Positions 7,796 to 16,406 of a stretch of DNA of 64,000 bases are shown here, piece after piece (the first letter of the stretch is position 1; every line of letters starts with the position of its first letter). Source of the stretch: Minisyncoccota bacterium (GTDB lineage Bacteria; Patescibacteriota; Minisyncoccia; Minisyncoccales; JAGOPM01); the NCBI GenBank assembly GCA_041651395.1, contig JBAZJI010000001.1, positions 891,920 to 955,919 on the forward strand. The letters are read 5' to 3'. The position numbers were made by a program, and so were the translations under genes. A model generated the notes under the pieces. That model was not told the origin of the DNA and ran no database searches. It saw only the letters and a list, made by a program, of their open reading frames with translations.

Positions 7796-10294
7796 ATGCA
7801 AAATAAATTGCGTTCTTTTTTCCAAAATTTTGGCAACTTTTTTAATCGTCAAAATGCGCTTTTGGCATTTGGTTTAGTAGCCATTCTCATTTTGCCAACC
7901 CATTTTGCCCATGCGGGTTTATTGGATTGGATTTTGAAGGGCGTAATTGCCGCGGTTATGTGGGTTGTTGCCCAAATAGTTTTAGGCCTCTCTCAGGCCT
8001 TGTTGGGAGTTTCCGCCTCATTAATGATGACAATTGCCGACCCCTCATTTGTTTGTGTGCGCTGGGAGGGTAATCAGTGTATGAGCTCACGCTACACCGA
8101 AATTTCCTTTGTGCGCGACGGCATCATCTTATGCCGCGACTTAGCGGGAATATTTTTGGTCATGGCCCTTATCAGTATCGGCATCGGCGTTGCTCTTAAA
8201 TTATTAGATGCCAAACAATCGCTGACCAAATTCGCCGTTTCGGCCATTTTGGTTTTTATTACCCCTATTATTACCGGCCCTATAATTGATTTTTCCAATG
8301 TCTTCATGTTTTCTTTCTTAAAAACCGGGGCAGCTTCTGGGGTCTTGGGACAAATTCAGCTTGTGGATGCCTTTATGGATATTTTCGGCAAATCTTGGAG
8401 CCAAGACGCTTCCTTTGCCTCATTTTTCCTGACGGTAATTTCAGCGCTTTTGGCACTTTTGGCTTTTGCGCTCTTTGCCGCCTATACAATGTTTCGGATT
8501 GCCATTTTACTTTTGAGCCGCTATGTCGCCTTATGGCTTTTAATTATGCTGGCGCCCTTGGCCTTTGCCATGCAAGCCTTGGGGCAACTGCGAGGGCAAC
8601 CCTATTTCAAATTTTTTGAACAAATGGGCCAGTATTATGAAAGATGGTGGCGAGAATTTATCGCTTGGTGTTTTACCGGTATCAATGTCGCTCTATTTAT
8701 TTATATTGCCGGCCGGGTTTCCTTGGCTTTAGCAGGAAGCGAATCAAAACTATTTAGGAGCTCCCCGATTGGCGGAGAAGTTTTTTACATCATTAATATT
8801 TCGGCGGATTTCGGCAATATCATTTCCATAATTATGCCCATTCTTATCCCACTTATCATTCTACATATGGGCTATAAACTTTCTTTGGAGTGGGGAGCTT
8901 CAGGCGCCACCGCTGTCATCGGGGCGGCTGACGGAATGGTAAATCTTGGCAAAACCGCCTTATTGGGTGTGGGCGGGGCCGCAGGGGGCGCCATGATGGG
9001 CAAGGCTTTGGCGAGCGGAGCAGGGCAAAAAGCTTTAACGGGAATACAAGGCATGACAACAGCTACAGCCAAAGATTCCAAATTCGGCAAGTGGCTCAAA
9101 AATACCAGTCTCTCGCAATCAATTAATGCCGCAGCTTCGCGCGGCCTAGAGAAAGGCGACAAAGTTATTGGCCAAAGGCAAAAAGCCGCCGACGAAAAAA
9201 TTACCCGGGCCAAGAAACTCGACGAACGCATGGAAGCCCAGGGTCGGGAAGGAAAATATATGGAAAACTTGGCAACAGTGGCGCCTATGTTTGAACCTAA
9301 CTATCAAGAAAGAGCTAAGCTAATCGAACTAGCCAAGAAAGGAAAAATTCCCGGGCTTAAAGACGAAGAGAAACAAAAAATTCTCTCCAATAAAAGCATT
9401 GATACTAAGACCAGAAAGGCTATGGTTGAGGCCGATCAATTTATTCTTAATGATCCTATTTTGGGCGAACAGTTCTTGAATGTTTATAACACCAAGGATG
9501 TTAAGGATGCCGGCAGCATTGCCATGAACGAAGCCATAAATAAAGCTGGTGTTGATTTGACCGGCGGGCAAGGCGAAAAACGCAAGAGCCTGCTTAAAGA
9601 AATTTTCAAATCCGCCAACTTTGGCCGCAGTTACGATTCCGAGATGACTGCTCTGGGCCTTACCGATGCCCAGCAACAAGATATCAGAGAGGCGCGCCAG
9701 AAATTCTATGACAAGGTCAAAGAACAGGCAGTCAAAGATGCTATCGGCTCACTCAACAAAGAAAAATTGGATAATCTCAGCCATGAAGATTTGATGAAGC
9801 CGGATTTGATTGAAAAAATTGCCAAGTATAGCAAAGACAAAGATGTTATTATGGGCGCAGCCAAGAGAGGCGGCAGCCAATGGTTCGAGCAGTACGTGCA
9901 AGCTATTCCTCCCGACAAGATTAATAGAACTATTGGAATGTTTTCGGCTGATGATTTCAAATCAATGGGAGCAAGCACCTTATCGGCTCCTGCTACTTTG
10001 CAACCCATGATGGCCAATATCTCCAAGCCTGATGCTTTTGGCGCCTATATGTCCCAATTACCTGACGACCCGCAGATCAATCAACAGATACAACAAATCA
10101 TTAATGACCCAGCCTGGCAAGCTAATGCCTTAAAAAATAATAATACCGCGGGCTTTAATTGGGCTGCAACGCTTGGCGCCAGAAACAGGCAAATCAAACT
10201 TAATGATATTCACGGAAATCCGATTGATTTTACTTCCGATACAAAAGCCGCCAAGCAGAAGATACAAGAATTAATTAATGCTCGCGTCCCGTAA
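7796..10294 (+). CDS. Polytopic membrane protein, VirB6/TrbL-like, with a long hydrophilic K/E/Q-rich C-terminal extension
   Basis: About 8-10 hydrophobic helices in the first ~400 aa, including the TrbL-like segment RYVALWLLIMLAPLAFAMQ. It is the first gene of an operon containing a VirB4 ATPase. The C-terminal ~400 aa is soluble. Confidence 0.55.
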   Translation: MQNKLRSFFQNFGNFFNRQNALLAFGLVAILILPTHFAHAGLLDWILKGVIAAVMWVVAQIVLGLSQALLGVSASLMMTIADPSFVCVRWEGNQCMSSRYTEISFVRDGIILCRDLAGIFLVMALISIGIGVALKLLDAKQSLTKFAVSAILVFITPIITGPIIDFSNVFMFSFLKTGAASGVLGQIQLVDAFMDIFGKSWSQDASFASFFLTVISALLALLAFALFAAYTMFRIAILLLSRYVALWLLIMLAPLAFAMQALGQLRGQPYFKFFEQMGQYYERWWREFIAWCFTGINVALFIYIAGRVSLALAGSESKLFRSSPIGGEVFYIINISADFGNIISIIMPILIPLIILHMGYKLSLEWGASGATAVIGAADGMVNLGKTALLGVGGAAGGAMMGKALASGAGQKALTGIQGMTTATAKDSKFGKWLKNTSLSQSINAAASRGLEKGDKVIGQRQKAADEKITRAKKLDERMEAQGREGKYMENLATVAPMFEPNYQERAKLIELAKKGKIPGLKDEEKQKILSNKSIDTKTRKAMVEADQFILNDPILGEQFLNVYNTKDVKDAGSIAMNEAINKAGVDLTGGQGEKRKSLLKEIFKSANFGRSYDSEMTALGLTDAQQQDIREARQKFYDKVKEQAVKDAIGSLNKEKLDNLSHEDLMKPDLIEKIAKYSKDKDVIMGAAKRGGSQWFEQYVQAIPPDKINRTIGMFSADDFKSMGASTLSAPATLQPMMANISKPDAFGAYMSQLPDDPQINQQIQQIINDPAWQANALKNNNTAGFNWAATLGARNRQIKLNDIHGNPIDFTSDTKAAKQKIQELINARVP

Positions 10295-10298
10295 TATT

Positions 10299-10739
10299 AT
10301 GGTTAACTCTTCCGATGTTGATTTTGAAAAAATGTATAAAGCTCTGCCGCCAGACTTAAAGGAAATTTTGAATTCTTCGGAAGTCAATGATACTATAATT
10401 TCCGTTTGCGAGGGATATGGTTTTGCAGAAAAATTTGCCGAAGTTCAAAAAAATGTCGGACTGGTTTTAGCCGGAGCGCTCTCTGTGGAAGATTTCAAAA
10501 ATTACATTCAGATGCTTTCCGAGCAGGGTGGGGTGGCGGCCTATAATAAAATTTATGTTGTCGCCTTTGCGCCGGTGGAGCGCTACCAAATTTTGGAGAA
10601 CGGTCAAACATTTTTTGGCAGCATGCCTGCCCCCTTACCCAAGGATACCCCCAATGAACCACTTAAAACATCTTGGGCGCCCCCAAAGCCCTCCCAAGAA
10701 GAGGATGGAATCGACCCCTATCGGGAAAAACCAGAATAA
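10299..10739 (+). CDS. Hypothetical soluble protein in the T4SS-like operon
   Basis: ORF with an ATG 4 nt after the upstream stop (the track start at 10278 would overlap the upstream gene). No family recognised. Pro-rich tail. Confidence 0.5.
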   Translation: MVNSSDVDFEKMYKALPPDLKEILNSSEVNDTIISVCEGYGFAEKFAEVQKNVGLVLAGALSVEDFKNYIQMLSEQGGVAAYNKIYVVAFAPVERYQILENGQTFFGSMPAPLPKDTPNEPLKTSWAPPKPSQEEDGIDPYREKPE

Positions 10740-10742
10740 TTT

Positions 10743-11138
10743 ATGGATTATCCTGTACCACAAATACAACACGAAACCAAAATTGGCGGTCTAACCTTTT
10801 CGCAGCTTATTTTTGTCGGGGGTGGGGTAGCTTTAGCTTCTATATTGTATTTTATTATTCCCCAATATTCCCACATTGTTTTCCCGATTATTGCCCTAGT
10901 AACTTTAGGTTTGGCTTTTGGCAGCGTGCACGGTATGAGCATTCCGACTTTTGTCGGTAAAACCATTTCTTATTTTTTTATCGGTCACACCTATATTTGG
11001 AAGAGTAAACGTTACGAGATATTTTCTCAACAAAACAAATTGCCCACAGAAAAAAAAGATACCGCCATGCCCGAATTGCCCAAGTCATCTATTACCAGAA
11101 GGCAAAGCAAAATTTCAGACTTAAATAAAATGATATGA
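10743..11138 (+). CDS. Small 2-TM protein, PrgI/VirB3-like
   Basis: ETKIGGLTFSQLIFVGGGVALASILYFI followed by a second TM segment. Its size and its position immediately upstream of VirB4 match Gram-positive-type T4SS PrgI/VirB3. Confidence 0.55.
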   Translation: MDYPVPQIQHETKIGGLTFSQLIFVGGGVALASILYFIIPQYSHIVFPIIALVTLGLAFGSVHGMSIPTFVGKTISYFFIGHTYIWKSKRYEIFSQQNKLPTEKKDTAMPELPKSSITRRQSKISDLNKMI

Positions 11139-11782
11139 TTGAAAGGCCTAAAAAAAATAATACTTTAGCCGCCCAAGACTTTTTAGGAATTTTAGACATC
11201 CGCGAAAGTACAATAATTCTAAAAGATAAAAGTCTCCGAGGGCTGCTTTATGTCACTTCCCAAAATTTCGGGCTCAAGTCCGGTGAAGAACAAGACGCCA
11301 TTATTTTTCAATTTCAACAATTTCTCAATTCTTTGGATTTCCCTTGCCAGATAGTTGTACAGTCGCGCAAATTGAATATGCAACGGTATTTTGATGACCT
11401 CAGAGCCCTAGAAGAGCAACAACAAAATCCCTTGCTGAAAATCCAAATGCAAGAATATCTGAAATTTATTGAAGGCTTGGTCAAATCTGGAACGATTATG
11501 ACAAAAAACTTCTTTGTTGCCGTACCTTTTTACCTGACGGAAATATCGGGTATCTCAGTAAGCAAAAAACTCGTCAATGATTTGACTGAAGAAAATTTCC
11601 AAAGGGCTAAGAATCAACTTTGGCAACGTTTGGAATTTGTCGCCTTAGGCCTGAAACGCTCCGGCCTGCAAGCTGCCGCCTTGAGCACCGAAGAGATAAT
11701 TGACTTGCTTTGGTCGCTCTATCACACCCGCGAAGCTGAACAGGGGTATTACCCAGAGCTTCCGCCAGAATTAATCAAATAA
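11135..11782 (+). CDS. T4SS-associated protein resembling the N-terminal region of VirB4/TraC-type ATPases
   Basis: ATGA overlap with the upstream gene. The segment ILKDKSLRGLLYVTSQNFGLKSGEEQDAIIFQFQQFLNSLDFPCQIVVQSRKL resembles the N-terminal module of conjugative ATPases. No NTP-binding motif. Confidence 0.4.
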   Translation: MIERPKKNNTLAAQDFLGILDIRESTIILKDKSLRGLLYVTSQNFGLKSGEEQDAIIFQFQQFLNSLDFPCQIVVQSRKLNMQRYFDDLRALEEQQQNPLLKIQMQEYLKFIEGLVKSGTIMTKNFFVAVPFYLTEISGISVSKKLVNDLTEENFQRAKNQLWQRLEFVALGLKRSGLQAAALSTEEIIDLLWSLYHTREAEQGYYPELPPELIK

Positions 11783-11786
11783 TATT

Positions 11787-13586
11787 ATGGGATTGCTCGA
11801 CTTCTTAAAAAAATCCAACCAGGATTCACCCCCCGTGCCACCGGGCTTCGATAATTTCCAAACTGTAACCCCGATGGATATCATCGTCCCCAACGAAATC
11901 GATGTTAAACCGACTATGTTAAGCTTGGGCGGGAGGCTTTCGCGAACTTATTTTATTTTTTCCTATCCCCGATATCTTAATGTCGGCTGGCTTTCCCAGG
12001 TGATAAATATGGATACAGCCTTAGACATTTCGCTCTATATCCACCCCATGGATACAGCTAATACGCTCAAAGAATTACGCCGCAAAGTTACGGATATTGA
12101 AGCTGAAATGATGGATCGGGACCAAAAGGGACTCATTCGCGACCCTGGCCTGGAAACCGCTTATAAGGATTTGGAAGCCTTGCGCACCAATCTCCAAACA
12201 GGACAGGAGAGAATATTTAATCTTGGCCTTTATATCACCGCTTATGCTGACCAAGAAGCCGAGCTCAACGAAATTGAATTACAGTTGCGCCAAGCCTTGG
12301 AGGCCCGCCTCAGCTACATCAAGCCGGCTTATTACGAACAAAAAGAGGGCTTTATTTCTACTTCTCCATATTGCTGGGATTTACTGGTTAAGCACAGCCC
12401 CATGAATACCCAAACTTTAGCCACGAGCTTTCCCTTTATCTCCTTTGATTTAAGTTCCAATGAGGGCATCTTATACGGCATTAATAAACACAATAATTCC
12501 TTAGTGCTTTTTGACCGTTTTGGCCTACAAAATGCCAATGAGGTTATTTTTGCCACGGCTGGTTCGGGAAAATCATATTTTGCCAAATTAGAAATTCTGC
12601 GCCATTTGATGTTTGGTGTCGATATTATTGTTATTGACCCGGAAAACGAATATAAATTCCTCTCTGAGGCGGTTGGCGGATCATTCTTTAATATCTCCTT
12701 ATCGTCGCAGGATCACGTTAATCCATTCGATATCTCTTGGAGTAACCCCGATGAAAATCCCGAGGATGTTTTACGCAGTAGCATTATCAGTTTGGTCGGG
12801 CTTTTTCGGATTATGTTGGGGGGGTTAACACCCGAAGAAGATTCTATTATCGACCAAGCGATAACCGAAACCTACGCCGCCAAAGATATCACCATTAAAA
12901 GCGATCCGACCCTCTGGGCGGAAAATGTGCCCACAATGAGCGATTTCGAATCAGTTCTGGAGAATATGCAGGGAGCCGAGCACCTTTTGGCCAAAATCAG
13001 AAAATACACCCAGGGAACTTTTGCTCAATTCTTTAACCAAAAAACCAATATTACCCTCGATAATAATCTAGTGGTTTTTGGCATCCGCGACATGGAAGAT
13101 TCATTGCGCCCCATCGCCATCTATATGGTAATGAAATACGTTTGGAATATGGTGCGCAGCTCGCTTAAAAAAAGAATTCTGGTTATTGATGAGGCTTGGT
13201 GGCTGATGCAAAACGAGGATTCGGCCTCTTTCTTATTTGGCATCGTCAAACGCGCCCGCAAATATTGGTTAGGCGTTTCCACTATTACTCAAGACGTTGA
13301 AGACTTCATGAAGTCAGAATATGGCAAACCGGTAGTCACCAATTCTTCCATTGTTTTTTTAATGAAGCAATCCAGCGCCACTATTGAAACCGTTCAGCAA
13401 ACTTTTAACCTGACAGACGGAGAAAAAATGCTCCTCTTGGAATCTCCAGTAGGAGAGGGGATATTCTTTGCGGGACAAAAACACGTTGTTATGCGCGCGA
13501 TGGCCTCTTACGCCGAAAACCAATTCATCACCACTAGTCCCGATGAGGTTAAAAAAATCATTGCGGCCAAAAAATTTGGGGGATGA
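11787..13586 (+). CDS. VirB4/TrbE/PrgJ-type T4SS ATPase
   Basis: N-terminal motifs LGGRLSRTYFIFSYPRYLNVGWL..ISLYIHP. Walker A VIFATAGSGKSYFAK (~12554-12577). Walker B ILVIDEAWWLM (~13171-13200). Also ITQDVEDF. Confidence 0.88.
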   Translation: MGLLDFLKKSNQDSPPVPPGFDNFQTVTPMDIIVPNEIDVKPTMLSLGGRLSRTYFIFSYPRYLNVGWLSQVINMDTALDISLYIHPMDTANTLKELRRKVTDIEAEMMDRDQKGLIRDPGLETAYKDLEALRTNLQTGQERIFNLGLYITAYADQEAELNEIELQLRQALEARLSYIKPAYYEQKEGFISTSPYCWDLLVKHSPMNTQTLATSFPFISFDLSSNEGILYGINKHNNSLVLFDRFGLQNANEVIFATAGSGKSYFAKLEILRHLMFGVDIIVIDPENEYKFLSEAVGGSFFNISLSSQDHVNPFDISWSNPDENPEDVLRSSIISLVGLFRIMLGGLTPEEDSIIDQAITETYAAKDITIKSDPTLWAENVPTMSDFESVLENMQGAEHLLAKIRKYTQGTFAQFFNQKTNITLDNNLVVFGIRDMEDSLRPIAIYMVMKYVWNMVRSSLKKRILVIDEAWWLMQNEDSASFLFGIVKRARKYWLGVSTITQDVEDFMKSEYGKPVVTNSSIVFLMKQSSATIETVQQTFNLTDGEKMLLLESPVGEGIFFAGQKHVVMRAMASYAENQFITTSPDEVKKIIAAKKFGG

Positions 13587-15517
13587 AAAATCCAATAATC
13601 AAAAAACTGTTTTGGCTTTCTTGGCTAGCCGCTTTGGCGGTTATTCTTTTTCCTTGCGCGACCTTTGCCCAAGTTAAAGCAGTACCTACACCGGTTATAC
13701 CGAGTAATGAAGGTATAGTTACCCCGGTTATACCGAGCAATGACTTTCGAAATTGGTGCCAAGTAAATTATCCGAATTTTAATTGCAATAGCGTTCCGGA
13801 TTTAGGCCAATATATTGCCTACTTATATCGCTTGGCTGTTTATGCCGCCGCCATAATCGTAATTTTTATAATCGTCCGGGAGGGCTTTGCTTATTTTTTA
13901 GCCTCGGGCAATCCCGGCAAATCTAATGAAGCCAAAGGAAAAATTTATTCGGCTTTTTTGGGTTTGATTATTCTTTTGGCCGGTTCATTAATTTTAAGCA
14001 CCATCAGTCCGAACCTAAACTCCTTGGACTTAAATTTGAAGCCCTTAGCTTACAATTTTAAGGCCCTGCAGGGCAAAGAACGCACTGTTACCACCCGCTA
14101 TCTGGCTATCCCGCTGGGAGAAATAATCACTGAAGCTTCTTTTAGCGAAAATTTCATGAAATCCATTACCGGGACAGCTGACCGGGCGGAGAAGCTAAAA
14201 AAAAATAATAAAGAAATCCAGGCGCTGGTTGAAGAATTTTATAGCACGATGCAGGCCTGCACCTGCGGGCAATCGCGCTGCTTAGATAATGTTTCTCCTT
14301 GCAGTAACGCTATTTGCACCAATGGGTCTTGTGACAAAGAAAAACTCGCCGCGCTAAAAAGCCAAATCACGGAAAAAATTTCCGCGCAAAAAGATAATAT
14401 CGCCGCCGTCCGCTCGGAAATGAAAAAACAGGGCAAAGGATTTGAAACACCTAAAAGCTCGCTACGCCAATTAAGCGCAGTTAATACCTTACTTAATTTG
14501 ACCGACGGGATAAACGTTATTGGCTATTATGACTTTTTGGCTTTGCGTGAAGACGCGGGCAAAAACATAATTATCGAATACGACACCAATCCTTTCCCGG
14601 AGTGGAAGCCTCTTTTCGACAGAAAAACTTTTGACCCGACCGTTTTTTATATCAATAAAGAAGAGGCCGGGCTTGCAATTATTCAAGCCCAACATTCTAT
14701 GAAGAATATGAATGTTGACCCCATTACCGATGCAGAACGTTACAGCCATGGAGCCGCTAGCGGCACAAAAGACCCCAACTTTGACCCGGGAGACGATAGT
14801 GATCAGCCTTTGCCCGAACCGCCAAGCGATACCAATAAATTACCCAGAAACTACCCCATGTGGTATCAAGGTGATGGCGCTTGGGGAAACTGCCTGCGCG
14901 GCATAGGTGGAGCAGCGCCTTTATGGAAAAGCGGCTGCGCCGACACTTCTTTGTCTATGGCTATCGGCTATTGGTATAAATTTAATGCTATCACTCGCCG
15001 CAGCTGGCTCTCTTACATCCGCAGCAACCCTCCGTCTTCCAGTATGGATACGGCTGGAGGGTCTTGTTTGCGCCCGGAAGGTGATGCTCCGGACCCTTAC
15101 CGGGTGCTTTATTATATGAATTACTACGGCGGCAACCTTGCCGACGGCACTTGGGACGAGGAGGCTTTAGGAAATTGGCTAGAAAAAATCAATCTGACTT
15201 TACAACCACTCTACAGAAAATCTTTTGATGCAATCGCACACCAATCTAATGATTTAGGTAAAAGCGTTTTGCTATTTTGCGATCATTTTGGTTTAGGGCG
15301 TTCATATCGCGCCAATAAAACCCGCTGCTCTTGGGAAGGGGATTTTGCCTGTAACCACTATGTTTTAGTAACAAAAGTCGAGGGGGATAAAATGTATATC
15401 AATGACCCGGGTTTTGGGGAACCCTATCTCACCAGGGGAGAATTTTCCTATTTTTCTTGCGGCGAGGTAGTAAATGAAGATATGTCTTTTGCGGTTTATC
15501 CAATAAAATGGAAATAA
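13583..15517 (+). CDS. Fusion protein: signal peptide + VirB2/TrbC-like (T4SS-pilin-like) TM hairpin + Cys-rich coiled linker + C-terminal C39-like papain-fold cysteine peptidase
   Basis: TM hairpin AVYAAAIIVIFIIV-REGFAYFLASGNPGKSNEAKGK-IYSAFLGLIILLAGSLILSTISPNL (~13805-14018). The C-terminal motifs YQGDGAWGN...SGCADTSLSMAIGYW (Cys codon 14936-14938) and CNHYVLVTKVEGDKMYINDPGFG (His codon 15356-15358) match the C39_2-type catalytic layout. Confidence 0.65.
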   Translation: MKNPIIKKLFWLSWLAALAVILFPCATFAQVKAVPTPVIPSNEGIVTPVIPSNDFRNWCQVNYPNFNCNSVPDLGQYIAYLYRLAVYAAAIIVIFIIVREGFAYFLASGNPGKSNEAKGKIYSAFLGLIILLAGSLILSTISPNLNSLDLNLKPLAYNFKALQGKERTVTTRYLAIPLGEIITEASFSENFMKSITGTADRAEKLKKNNKEIQALVEEFYSTMQACTCGQSRCLDNVSPCSNAICTNGSCDKEKLAALKSQITEKISAQKDNIAAVRSEMKKQGKGFETPKSSLRQLSAVNTLLNLTDGINVIGYYDFLALREDAGKNIIIEYDTNPFPEWKPLFDRKTFDPTVFYINKEEAGLAIIQAQHSMKNMNVDPITDAERYSHGAASGTKDPNFDPGDDSDQPLPEPPSDTNKLPRNYPMWYQGDGAWGNCLRGIGGAAPLWKSGCADTSLSMAIGYWYKFNAITRRSWLSYIRSNPPSSSMDTAGGSCLRPEGDAPDPYRVLYYMNYYGGNLADGTWDEEALGNWLEKINLTLQPLYRKSFDAIAHQSNDLGKSVLLFCDHFGLGRSYRANKTRCSWEGDFACNHYVLVTKVEGDKMYINDPGFGEPYLTRGEFSYFSCGEVVNEDMSFAVYPIKWK

Positions 15518-16401
15518 AAATCCACCAATTTATATTCTTCCTGTTATTAATTTTGCCCTTGCGTAGTTGCGGGGCAGCAGTTTCCGTTACTCCGGCACCC
15601 GATGCTTCAACGATCGTAGAATATACTTCCAGCGGAAATCAAAATGAAGCTTATTTGCGCGACGCCATCCCGATCGGAGATGCCTTTTTCCATGCAATAA
15701 GGTTTTTAACCGATATCAGCAATGAAATTGGCGGGATGACCGACGATTCGGAGGATTATCTTAATTCTGTCCAAAGTTTGCTGAAACTCTCCGATTCTTG
15801 CAGCCCCTCCTCATGCAAGGCTCGCTGCGAATTTGATTGCCCCTCCAATGCCAATGGCCCGCAGGATTGTTATTGTAAGCCTCTGCCTCCCGAACCTAAA
15901 ACTATGTGTAATATGGAAGCGGCCGAGGAGAACTACAAACTCCTAACAGAAAAATTTGAAACCGCTACTCGCAGCAGCCAAAACTATTTGGACCTTATCG
16001 AGAAGGCTAAGCCGCCCACCGATGATATCGAAAGGGTTAGCGGCACCAGTTTAAGGGATATAATTATTGCTAGCCGCTCAATAGATCCTTATCGAACATT
16101 TTACCAAAACTATAACCAAATATTCCGGGGTAAAATTAATACCAGTTTACCGGTAGTTTATCCGTCAAATTATGTCGTGGAAATGGAATATATAAAAAGA
16201 AAACTTGATCTTTCCCGGTTGGGATTTTTGCGCTGTAATACCCCCACCGCCAAAGAAGAAGATGTTATAGCCATTGGGGAGGGGGATATGGAATATAAAG
16301 GCCCCCTGCGGATAGATTTTATTCTGCAAAGTTATGGCACGCTGCCAGATGAACCGACCAACCATTTAGATTATTTTTGTTATTCTTATCAAAATATTTA
16401 A
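15508..16401 (+). CDS. Secreted Cys-containing hypothetical protein (T4SS-like operon)
   Basis: N-terminal signal-like segment FIFFLLLILPLRSCGAAVS. Cys cluster CSPSSCKARCEFDCPSNANGPQDCYC. Overlaps the upstream gene by 10 nt. Confidence 0.55.
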   Translation: MEIKIHQFIFFLLLILPLRSCGAAVSVTPAPDASTIVEYTSSGNQNEAYLRDAIPIGDAFFHAIRFLTDISNEIGGMTDDSEDYLNSVQSLLKLSDSCSPSSCKARCEFDCPSNANGPQDCYCKPLPPEPKTMCNMEAAEENYKLLTEKFETATRSSQNYLDLIEKAKPPTDDIERVSGTSLRDIIIASRSIDPYRTFYQNYNQIFRGKINTSLPVVYPSNYVVEMEYIKRKLDLSRLGFLRCNTPTAKEEDVIAIGEGDMEYKGPLRIDFILQSYGTLPDEPTNHLDYFCYSYQNI

Positions 16402-16406
16402 TCTTT

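Noticed and set aside
13691-13737. Direct repeat ccggttataccgag (13691-13704 and 13724-13737, 33-bp period).
   Set aside because: It lies inside the coding sequence and simply encodes a duplicated TPVIPSN peptide just after the signal peptide of the pilin-peptidase fusion. It is not an independent DNA element.
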